From the NCBI GenBank assembly GCA_963752565.1, contig CAVVZC010000001.1, positions 44,099 through 108,098 of the forward strand: a DNA stretch of 64,000 nucleotides, given 5' to 3'. Every line of letters begins with the position of its first letter. The first letter of the stretch is position 1. Below are positions 39,061 to 46,785 of the stretch, piece after piece. Origin of the DNA: an uncultured delta proteobacterium. GTDB lineage: Bacteria; Desulfobacterota; Desulfobacteria; Desulfobacterales; UBA11574. The notes under the pieces are model-generated. The model was not told where the DNA came from, ran no database searches, and saw only the letters and a program-made list of their open reading frames with translations. The position numbers and the translations under genes are program-made.

Positions 39061-41730
39061 GTGACACAAACGCAAAAAAATCATTCCAAAGGCCTCACCG
39101 TCATCACGACACACATCAACGCCGACTTTGATGCTTTGGCTTCAATGCTTGCAGCACAGAAATTGTATCCTGATTCCATGGCGGTTTTTCCCGGTTCCCA
39201 GGAAAAGAATTTAAGGAATTTCTTTATAAATTCAATGGTTTATCTTTTTAATATGGCTGATATCAAAGATATCGATTTGGATAGCGTCAAAAAGTTGGTC
39301 CTGGTAGATACCCGGCAGGCAAGTCGTATCGGAAAACTTTCAGCTGTACTGGATCGACCGGATGTTGATATTCATATCTATGATCACCATCCCCCGATGA
39401 ATAACGACATTAAGGGGCATTACGAGGTTTGTAGTTTAACCGGCGCCACGGTTACAATTCTTACAGAAATCTTAAAAGAAAAAAAGATCGAAATTTCATC
39501 TGATGAGGCAACGATCTTGTGTCTTGGCATATATGAGGACACGGGCTCCTTCACTTTTCCGAGCACAACAGAAAAAGATTTTACAGCCGCTGCTTTTTTA
39601 CTATCAAAGGGCGCCAACTTAAATGTTGTTTCTAACCTGATTTCAAGGGAGATAAGCCCTGAACAGGTGGGACTTCTTAATGACATGATTCAAGCCTCAA
39701 CCCGTTATAATATTGATAGTATCGAAATTGTAATTACAAGTGTATCGACGGACAATTATGTGTCCGATTTCGCCTTTTTGGTCCACAAAATGGTTAAAAT
39801 GGAAAACCTTGATGCAATATTTGCCATCGCCCGCATGGGAGATAAAATGTATATCGTCGCCCGAAGCAGAATACCGGAAGTCGATGTTGGCGCTATTGTC
39901 ACTCCTCTGGGCGGTGGAGGGCATACATTTGCAGCAGCCGCAACGATCAAAGGCAAGACTTTGGTTCAAATTGAGAACGAGCTGAGAGAAATCCTTTACA
40001 GTAAAATCAAATCTCGTAGTCGGGCAAAAGACCTTATGTCATCGCCAGCTATCACGGTCGATGAAAACGTTTCCTGTAAAGACGCCGGAAACCTTCTTAC
40101 CCGTTATAACATCAATGCACTTTTGGTTACCCAGAAAAATAATGGCAAAGAAAATCTTCAGGGGTTTATAACCCGACAGATTATCGAAAAGGCCATGTAT
40201 CACGGGTTGGATCACATCCCCTTAAAGGAGTATATGACAACCGAAATGGCATCTGTTGAATCCGATTCCGAGCTAGCCGAAATACAGGAAAAAATTATCG
40301 AAAATAAGCAGCGCATCCTCCCTGTTATCGAAAAAGATATCATTTCAGGTGTGATTACCCGAACCGATCTGCTCAATATTCTGGTGCGGCAATCCAGGCA
40401 CACGGATTCAGATTCACCTGATTTGTTGAAGGAACACGTCCATGCAAGAACCAGAAACATCCTCAAGTTTATGAAAGAACGTCTTTCACCGCGAATTATT
40501 GATATCCTTAAAACCATCGGAGAAAAAGCTGAGGAAATCGATTGTGGCGCTTATGTTGTCGGCGGATTCGTGCGCGACCTGTATTTGTATCGGAATAATG
40601 AAGACATCGATATTGTCATTGAAGGAGACGGTATCAAATTTGCGAAAAAATATGCGAAAATCGTAGGTGCCCGTATCCATTCCCACGCAAAATTCGGTAC
40701 TGCTGTAATTATATTCCCGGACGGTTTTAAAATCGATATAGCTTCCGCCAGAATGGAATATTACAAATTCCCGGCAGCGCTTCCTACAGTTGAAATGAGT
40801 TCAATAAAATTAGACCTTTATCGGCGAGACTTCACCATAAATACACTGGCAATCCAGCTTAACCCCGATAGGTTCGGCCTGCTAATCGATTTTTTTTCGG
40901 CCCAGAAAGATCTTAAAGAAAAAATCATCAGAGTTTTGCACAATTTAAGTTTTGTTGAAGATCCAACCCGGGTTTTCCGTGCTATCAGGTTCGAGCAGCG
41001 TTTCGGCTTTTCAATCGGAAAACTGACTTCAAGATTGATCGAAAATGCTGTAAAAATGGATTTTTTCAAACGGCTCAGCGGAAGAAGGGTATTTTCCGAA
41101 CTGCGTCTGATTCTGGAAGAAGAAAATCCTTTATCCGCCATTTCAAGGATGAATGAATATCATCTCTTTCATGTTGTTCACCCTTCCATAATATTGAATA
41201 ATGATTTGATATTATTATTCAATTCGGTTAAAAAGGTGTTATCTTGGCACGATTTGCTTTTTCTTGAAGAACCCTATATGAAATGGGCCGTCTACTTTTT
41301 GGCTTTGTTAAGATCCTGCGACAAAGAGACCATCAATGAAATCTGTAAGCGGTTTGAAATCGCGCCGAGACATAGGAGCATCTTTTGCAAGGAACGCTTC
41401 GAGGCGGACAGGTTCATCTCATGGATGGAACGAAATCTTCCCGTAAAAAACAGTACCATTTACAGAGGAATTTCCGTTTTCAAGATCGAGCTGATTCTCT
41501 ATATGATGGCAGCAACGAAAAACGAAGCGCTAAAACGATCCATCTCCAATTACTTTACACAGATCAGGCACATCGAGACGTCGATAAAAGGGAAAGATCT
41601 GAAAAAACTCGGCCTCGAACCCGGTCCGATTTACCGTGAAATCCTGGAGGCTGTCCTTGATGGCAAATTAAATGGTCGTATTAAAACACGTAGTGAAGAA
41701 CTTGCCTTTGTAAAAGATTATGTTCAGTAA
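39061..41730 (+). CDS. DHH/DHHA1 phosphoesterase - CBS pair - poly(A) polymerase/CCA-adding nucleotidyltransferase fusion protein
   Basis: 889 aa. Has ITTHINADFDALAS and IYDHHP (DHH), GGGGH (DHHA1), two CBS-like segments, and YVVGGFVRDL...DIDIV (PolyA_pol head) with an RNA-binding tail. Confidence 0.75.
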   Translation: MTQTQKNHSKGLTVITTHINADFDALASMLAAQKLYPDSMAVFPGSQEKNLRNFFINSMVYLFNMADIKDIDLDSVKKLVLVDTRQASRIGKLSAVLDRPDVDIHIYDHHPPMNNDIKGHYEVCSLTGATVTILTEILKEKKIEISSDEATILCLGIYEDTGSFTFPSTTEKDFTAAAFLLSKGANLNVVSNLISREISPEQVGLLNDMIQASTRYNIDSIEIVITSVSTDNYVSDFAFLVHKMVKMENLDAIFAIARMGDKMYIVARSRIPEVDVGAIVTPLGGGGHTFAAAATIKGKTLVQIENELREILYSKIKSRSRAKDLMSSPAITVDENVSCKDAGNLLTRYNINALLVTQKNNGKENLQGFITRQIIEKAMYHGLDHIPLKEYMTTEMASVESDSELAEIQEKIIENKQRILPVIEKDIISGVITRTDLLNILVRQSRHTDSDSPDLLKEHVHARTRNILKFMKERLSPRIIDILKTIGEKAEEIDCGAYVVGGFVRDLYLYRNNEDIDIVIEGDGIKFAKKYAKIVGARIHSHAKFGTAVIIFPDGFKIDIASARMEYYKFPAALPTVEMSSIKLDLYRRDFTINTLAIQLNPDRFGLLIDFFSAQKDLKEKIIRVLHNLSFVEDPTRVFRAIRFEQRFGFSIGKLTSRLIENAVKMDFFKRLSGRRVFSELRLILEEENPLSAISRMNEYHLFHVVHPSIILNNDLILLFNSVKKVLSWHDLLFLEEPYMKWAVYFLALLRSCDKETINEICKRFEIAPRHRSIFCKERFEADRFISWMERNLPVKNSTIYRGISVFKIELILYMMAATKNEALKRSISNYFTQIRHIETSIKGKDLKKLGLEPGPIYREILEAVLDGKLNGRIKTRSEELAFVKDYVQ

Positions 41731-42382
41731 TATAAACCTGAATCAGATTGTTGTGATGATCGTTCCGCTTTTATTCTCCGTTACCATACATGAGGTTGCG
41801 CACGGATATATCGCTTTACGAAGGGGAGATCATACTGCACAAAAAGCCGGAAGATTGACGCTTAACCCCATTAAACATCTGGATTTCTTTGGATCGTTGC
41901 TCCTGCCACTTATGTTAAAATTGACCGGTTCACCGGTAATATTTGGTTATGCCAAACCCGTGCCGGTCAATTTTTCTAATCTTAGGGATGTTCGAAAAAG
42001 TACAATCTATGTTGCCTCGGCTGGAGTTTTGGCCAATTTTATACTCGCGTTTTTATCGGGGATTCTCTTTCAGATTCTGACCCATTATAAATTGTTATGG
42101 CAAACATCCATTTTCAACCCCTTTATTATGGACCTCTATTCCATGCTCTTTTACAGTGTGGTGATTAATTTGGTCCTTGCCATATTTAACCTGATTCCCA
42201 TACCTCCCCTTGATGGAAGCAAAATACTTGCCATGTGTCTGCCTGCGCCATTAAGAATCCAATTTGCCCGTTTGGAACGATTCGGCATGATCATCATTAT
42301 TTTCTTGCTTCTAACAAATCTTCTGGATAAATTACTGTCATTTTTTTTGATCCCGATGTTCAATATTTTTCTGGGAAGATAG
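41720..42382 (+). CDS. Site-2 protease family (peptidase M50) membrane protein
   Basis: HEVAHG (HExxH) in TM1 and NLIPIPPLDGSKIL (NxxPxxxLDG). Confidence 0.8.
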   Translation: MFSNINLNQIVVMIVPLLFSVTIHEVAHGYIALRRGDHTAQKAGRLTLNPIKHLDFFGSLLLPLMLKLTGSPVIFGYAKPVPVNFSNLRDVRKSTIYVASAGVLANFILAFLSGILFQILTHYKLLWQTSIFNPFIMDLYSMLFYSVVINLVLAIFNLIPIPPLDGSKILAMCLPAPLRIQFARLERFGMIIIIFLLLTNLLDKLLSFFLIPMFNIFLGR

Positions 42383-42396
42383 TGAAAATCGAGTTG

Positions 42397-42428
42397 ATCG
42401 TCAAACGATTGATGATTGACGATTTTCA
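42397..42428 (+). terminator. Candidate intrinsic terminator after the S2P gene
   Basis: 8-bp stem atcgtcaa (42397-42404) / ttgacgat (42416-42423) followed by tttt. AT-rich stem and short U-run. Confidence 0.35.
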
Positions 42429-42511
42429 ATTGAAGATTATCGGAACGAAGCGTAGGTCCCGATATATCGGGGAATAGAAGCGGAATGGATGATCCTTTTT
42501 TAAATCGGGGG

Positions 42512-42691
42512 CTGTTTGAGTGGCTTAGGGATCGTTGGAAAGAACAGGCGCATACCTAAATCGCATCTTTAAAAGGATCTGCAGATTGTATAGCGAACCT
42601 ATTGATTCTTCAAAAATTGGTCCCTGTTCTTTCTTTACGAGCCCTTGCCACGAGTTCACGCGGTTTAAAAAAAGATTATCCATGTAGCGAC
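42512..42691. repeat. Dispersed hairpin element, copy A
   Basis: Left arm ctgtttgagtggcttagggatcgttggaaagaacagg (42512-42548) is complementary to right arm ccctgttctttctttacgagcccttgccacgag (42622-42654). Conserved tail cacgcggtttaaaaaaagattatccatgtagcgac. Related copies at 59205-59402 and 62796-62964. Confidence 0.75.
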
Positions 42692-42817
42692 TTTTTAGAA
42701 AAACACCCCGAGGGCTCATTCAAATAAAATTAGATAAGGCTTCAACAAAAAAAGGGGTGCGAAACTCGAGATACAATGTTAAAGAGACACTTAAATCTGT
42801 GGCAGAGGAGATTTTAA

Positions 42818-43804
42818 ATGACAGGGAAAAAAAGGATATTAAGCGGAATGCGTCCTACGGGACCACTTCACCTTGGCAATCTGCATGGCGCACTTGCTAA
42901 CTGGGTAAACATGCAAGAAAAGTATGACTGCTTTTTTTTCATCGCCGACTGGCATGCCCTAACCAGTGATTATGAAGATACCGGACATATCTCAGAATAT
43001 GTCCGAAATATGTTAATAGACTGGCTGAGTGCAGGTCTTTTGCCGGATAAAAGCACACTTTTTATCCAATCACGTATCAAGGAACATGCTGAACTGTTTT
43101 TAGTCCTTTCCATGATAACACCGGTTCCGTGGCTGGAGCGAAACCCCACTTATAAAGATCAGATTGTTCAACTCAGCAACAAGGATCTTTCCACTTTTGG
43201 TTTCCTTGGCTACCCGGTGCTCCAGGCTGCAGACATTATTATGTATAAGGCCTATGGTGTCCCTGTTGGTGTTGATCAGGTGCCACACGTCGAAATCACA
43301 CGCGAAATCGCAAGGAGGTTCAACCATTTTTACGGTGAAGTATTTCCGGAACCTGAATCGATTCTCACCCAAACTCCCAAAATACACGGCATCGACCGAC
43401 GTAAAATGAGTAAAAGTTATAATAATGCCATTTTTTTATCAGACAGTCCCGACGAAATTGCCGCCAAAGTTGCCAAAATGCTGACAGATCCCCAGCGTGC
43501 CAGAAAAAGCGATCCCGGCGATCCTGATGTATGTAATGTTTTTGCGTTTCATAAGCTTTACAGCGACAACCAAACCGTCGAAAGAATAAACCGAGAATGC
43601 CGAACCGCTGAAATCGGGTGTGTCGAATGCAAACAGATCATGGCCCGGTATCTGATTAACGCCCTTGAACCCATGCGTGAAAAGAGAGCATATTATGAAG
43701 CACGACCACATCTTGTTGACGACATTATTGAGGATGGATGCGAGAAAGCCCGACTGGTCGCCCGGCAAACCATGGTAGAAGTCAAAGCAGCCATAAAAAT
43801 ATAA
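42818..43804 (+). CDS. trpS: Tryptophan--tRNA ligase
   Basis: SGMRPTGPLHLGNLHGAL (HIGH-type), KMSKS present, 328 aa. Confidence 0.92.
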   Translation: MTGKKRILSGMRPTGPLHLGNLHGALANWVNMQEKYDCFFFIADWHALTSDYEDTGHISEYVRNMLIDWLSAGLLPDKSTLFIQSRIKEHAELFLVLSMITPVPWLERNPTYKDQIVQLSNKDLSTFGFLGYPVLQAADIIMYKAYGVPVGVDQVPHVEITREIARRFNHFYGEVFPEPESILTQTPKIHGIDRRKMSKSYNNAIFLSDSPDEIAAKVAKMLTDPQRARKSDPGDPDVCNVFAFHKLYSDNQTVERINRECRTAEIGCVECKQIMARYLINALEPMREKRAYYEARPHLVDDIIEDGCEKARLVARQTMVEVKAAIKI

Positions 43805-43806
43805 AA

Positions 43807-44523
43807 ATGCAAGAGGATATCTATAAGGTACAAATTAATGACATTTTCGAAGGTCCAATGGATCTATTGGTACATTTGATTAAAAAACATGAAATGGACA
43901 TTTATGATATCCCCATTGCACAGATAACAGAACAGTATCTCGAATACCTTCAGTGGATGAAAGCCATAAACATAGACGTTGCCGGTGACTTCATCTTAAT
44001 TGCATCTACTTTGACGAAAATTAAATCTAGAATGCTCCTCCCGGTTCATGAAGAAGAAACTGACGATGAAGATCCTCGACTGGAGATTGTCAAGCCACTT
44101 GAAGAATACCTCCAAATGAAGTCAGCAGCCAATGAGCTGATCGCAAGGAATCTATTGGGAGAAGATACTTTTGTCAGAAATCCGAACCAGGAAAATCATT
44201 CGATTGATCAAGACGGCGAAATCATAAAGGTCGGTCTGTTTGAACTTATCGATGCGTTTCAAACAATACTTGAAAAGATATCTGAACATCGCGGTGTAGA
44301 TATTATTACCGCAGATACGGTTTCGGTTAGGGACAGAATCGTTCAAATCGTAGAAATTTTCGAAACCCGGAAATCGGTAACGTTTAATGAGCTTTTTCCA
44401 ATGAATATCGATAAAAGTGAGGTTGTCGTTACATTTCTTGCAATTCTTGAAATGGTCAGGCTCTCATTGATCAATATTGTCCAAAATACTCAAACTGGCA
44501 TTATCAGACTTTTTTACTTGTAA
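43807..44523 (+). CDS. scpA: Segregation and condensation protein A
   Basis: FEGPMDLLVHLIKKHEMDIYDIPIAQITEQYLEYL. ATG at 43807 is preferred over the track start, which overlaps trpS. Confidence 0.85.
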   Translation: MQEDIYKVQINDIFEGPMDLLVHLIKKHEMDIYDIPIAQITEQYLEYLQWMKAINIDVAGDFILIASTLTKIKSRMLLPVHEEETDDEDPRLEIVKPLEEYLQMKSAANELIARNLLGEDTFVRNPNQENHSIDQDGEIIKVGLFELIDAFQTILEKISEHRGVDIITADTVSVRDRIVQIVEIFETRKSVTFNELFPMNIDKSEVVVTFLAILEMVRLSLINIVQNTQTGIIRLFYL

Positions 44524-45065
44524 TGGAAGATATAAAAAACATTATCGAAAGCCTCCTTCTGGTGGCCGAGGAACCGCTTAAAATCGATCGTATCAAGGAC
44601 ATCCTCGTTCTGGCTGGGAAAAAAGAGATTCAAAACGCACTTACCGAACTGTCATCTGAATATGAAAATCGAAAAGGGGGATTCTTTTTACGCGAAGTTG
44701 CCGGTGGTTATCAGATCCGTACCCGTCCGGAATATAGAGAATGGATTAAACGGCTTATTCAACCCAAACCGTTGCGTCTTAGCAAACCCGCCCTTGAGAC
44801 ACTATCCATTATCGCATATAAACAACCTATAATTCGTAGTGATATAGAACACATTCGGGGCGTCAATTGCGGAGGGATTCTTCGCATGCTTCTTGAGAGA
44901 AAATTGGTGCGGATTTTGGGGAGAAAGACGATTCCAGGCAGGCCGCATATTTATGCAACCACAAAACAATTTCTTGAGGTATTCGATCTAAAAAATCTTG
45001 AGGACCTTCCAACACCAAAAGAAATTTCAGAACTCAGCGATGCGGCATCAGAAAACATGGAATAA
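44523..45065 (+). CDS. scpB: Segregation and condensation protein B
   Basis: IIESLLLVAEEPL, GGYQIRT and LSKPALETLSIIAYKQPIIRSDIEHIRGV. Confidence 0.85.
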   Translation: MEDIKNIIESLLLVAEEPLKIDRIKDILVLAGKKEIQNALTELSSEYENRKGGFFLREVAGGYQIRTRPEYREWIKRLIQPKPLRLSKPALETLSIIAYKQPIIRSDIEHIRGVNCGGILRMLLERKLVRILGRKTIPGRPHIYATTKQFLEVFDLKNLEDLPTPKEISELSDAASENME

Positions 45066-45094
45066 GATGTTGTTTTAGATATGTTAAAAAGTGC

Positions 45095-45123
45095 TTGACT
45101 TAAAATTTATTAATACCTATATA
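45095..45123 (+). promoter_or_regulatory. Sigma70-like promoter TTGACT-N17-TATATA
   Basis: TTGACT at 45095-45100 and TATATA at 45118-45123. This would give a leader of about 250 nt before the IHF/HU gene. Confidence 0.35.
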
Positions 45124-45376
45124 AATAATGAATACCCTTCAGTGACCTGAAACAACGCTTATTAGTGCCCCTCCATAAATGAGGATTTTTGTTCAAGATC
45201 AAGGCATGCGAAAAAAAATAACCGCCCCGACGTAAAATCTATCGGGCCAAGCAGGCATATAGTTGATATTCAGAGGATTATTTTTTGAGCATAACACAGA
45301 GATTAGGCAAAAAGACCATTTATGGGTGGAGACTAACGAATATGGCTCAACGATCTATTCTTATTAAGGAGTCGTT

Positions 45377-45655
45377 ATGAACCGATCCGATTTAATTAAT
45401 GCCCTAAAAGATAAAGTGGCGCTTAGTAGAAAAGATGCTGGAAAAGTTGTCGATACGTTTTTCGATGCATTAAAAGAAACACTTGCAAAAGGTGAACGGG
45501 TTGAAATCAGAGGCTTTGGCAGTTTTTCGGTAAAATATTACAAGCCATACACTGGACGAAACCCAAAAACCGGCACTCAGATTCATGTCACTTCTAAAAA
45601 ATTACCCTTTTTTAAGGTCGGCAAAGAATTAAAGGAAAATGTAGACAAGCCATAA
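45377..45655 (+). CDS. Integration host factor beta-like / HU-family DNA-binding protein
   Basis: MNRSDLINALKDK..., RVEIRGFGSFSVKYYKPYTGRNPKTGTQIHVTSKKLPFFKVGKELKE. AAGGAG RBS. Confidence 0.85.
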   Translation: MNRSDLINALKDKVALSRKDAGKVVDTFFDALKETLAKGERVEIRGFGSFSVKYYKPYTGRNPKTGTQIHVTSKKLPFFKVGKELKENVDKP

Positions 45656-45660
45656 GTAAC

Positions 45661-45735
45661 GGGCGGTTAACTCAGAGGGAGAGTGCTACCTTCACACGGT
45701 AGAAGTCACTGGTTCAATCCCAGTACCGCCTACCA
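45661..45735 (+). tRNA. tRNA-Val (anticodon CAC), CCA encoded
   Basis: Manual cloverleaf: acceptor GGGCGGT/ACCGCCT (G1-U72 wobble), D arm ACTC/GAGT, anticodon stem CTACC/GGTAG with loop TTCACAC, T arm ACTGG-TTCAATC-CCAGT, then ACCA. Confidence 0.85.
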
Positions 45736-45744
45736 GTGATATTA

Positions 45745-45779
45745 AGAGGTTATAGCTCAGACTGTAATCTCTTTTTTTG
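45745..45779 (+). terminator. Candidate intrinsic terminator after tRNA-Val
   Basis: Stem AGAGGTTA (45745-45752) / TAATCTCT (45765-45772) with a 12-nt loop, followed by a T7 run. Confidence 0.45.
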
Positions 45780-45820
45780 CGTTTGTGACCAAATTTTGAC
45801 CGGTTGACGCAAACACGCTA

Positions 45821-46705
45821 TCACGAATTCCGTTGGGTTTTGACAATAAACCAAGAATTTAAAAGGTTTTTTTTGTTGTATTGCAGCGGTTCACCCGTCT
45901 CATAATTCAAGACACTGCCATTTGCTTGTTCTACAATGGCTTGACCGGCAGCAGTATCCCACTCCATCGTCGGTCCCAGTCTGGGATATATATCTGCCCT
46001 GCCTTCGGCCACCAGACACAGCTTTAAAGAACTGCCGGACGAAATAACTTCTACCTTCGGATGCTGTTTCCTCATGTTTTTCACAAAAGCTTCAAACTCC
46101 TTAGAAGGGTGAGAACGACTGCCCACGATGACTAATTGCGAGTCGTGAGTATCTAATGGCGTATCATAATACGGCAATCTATCGGATTGCTTTAATATTT
46201 CCTTTAACACGCTGTCCCTTTGCATTTCAGAAGCTTTGCCCTCTAAGAGATCAAAGACATTATCGTTTTTTAGTCTGTAAGAGCCAAAACCTTCAGATGC
46301 AAAATAGTAAACGTTATTCACCGGGGCATAAATGACCCCAAGAACCGGCCGACGTTGATATATCAAAGCGATATTTACAGTAAATTCTCCATTTCTCTTA
46401 ATAAATTCCTTGGTGCCGTCCAAGGGATCGATCAGCCAAAAATACTTCCATGCGCGCCTTTCTTCAAAAAGGATACCTTTTCCTTCTTCGCTCAGAATCG
46501 GAAGGCTTTTCCCGGACGTATCGGTCAAATGATCAACAATGATGTCATGGGAGCGCTGGTCCGCAAGGGTCAGTGGTGATCGGTCCTCTTTGTACGAAAC
46601 ATCAAAATCCTGTTTATATACATCTATAATGGCCAGACCGGCCTCTCTTGAAGCCAATAATGCGGTCAACAGATGGTCGGTTAATTGATATGGCTTTTCT
46701 TCCAT
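45821..46705 (-). CDS. cysQ: 3'(2'),5'-bisphosphate nucleotidase
   Basis: LSEEG, WLIDPLDGTKEF and EWDTAAGQAIV (inositol monophosphatase/CysQ family motifs). Confidence 0.85.
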   Translation of the reverse strand: MEEKPYQLTDHLLTALLASREAGLAIIDVYKQDFDVSYKEDRSPLTLADQRSHDIIVDHLTDTSGKSLPILSEEGKGILFEERRAWKYFWLIDPLDGTKEFIKRNGEFTVNIALIYQRRPVLGVIYAPVNNVYYFASEGFGSYRLKNDNVFDLLEGKASEMQRDSVLKEILKQSDRLPYYDTPLDTHDSQLVIVGSRSHPSKEFEAFVKNMRKQHPKVEVISSGSSLKLCLVAEGRADIYPRLGPTMEWDTAAGQAIVEQANGSVLNYETGEPLQYNKKNLLNSWFIVKTQRNS

Positions 46706-46785
46706 TGCACCTTTAATATTGATTGTCTTTCACGATTCACTCACCAATACACCCAATTGACTGTTTACTATTTACCATTTACTTT

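Noticed and set aside
42512-42691. Integron attC-site interpretation of the hairpin elements
   Set aside because: attC sites have the R''(..AAC)/R'(GTT..) boxes at the outer ends of the hairpin. Here AAC/GTT sits at the inner ends of the arms. No integrase or cassette array is present.
42525-42719. 64-aa ORF, and the analogous 59387..59605 ORF, lying inside hairpin-element copies
   Set aside because: The copies are conserved at the nucleotide level but read in different frames with different stops, so the similarity is not protein-coding.
42383-42817. T-box or Trp attenuator upstream of trpS
   Set aside because: No T-box consensus (GGGTGGNACCGCG-like) and no Trp-rich leader peptide were found. 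Most of the spacer is explained by hairpin element copy A.
45745-45775. tRNA-like fragment (ggttatagctcagac) just after tRNA-Val as a remnant tRNA or integration scar
   Set aside because: Only the TAGCTCAG D-arm-like word is present, no other tRNA arms can be drawn, and there is no integrase nearby. It is better explained as the loop of a terminator hairpin.
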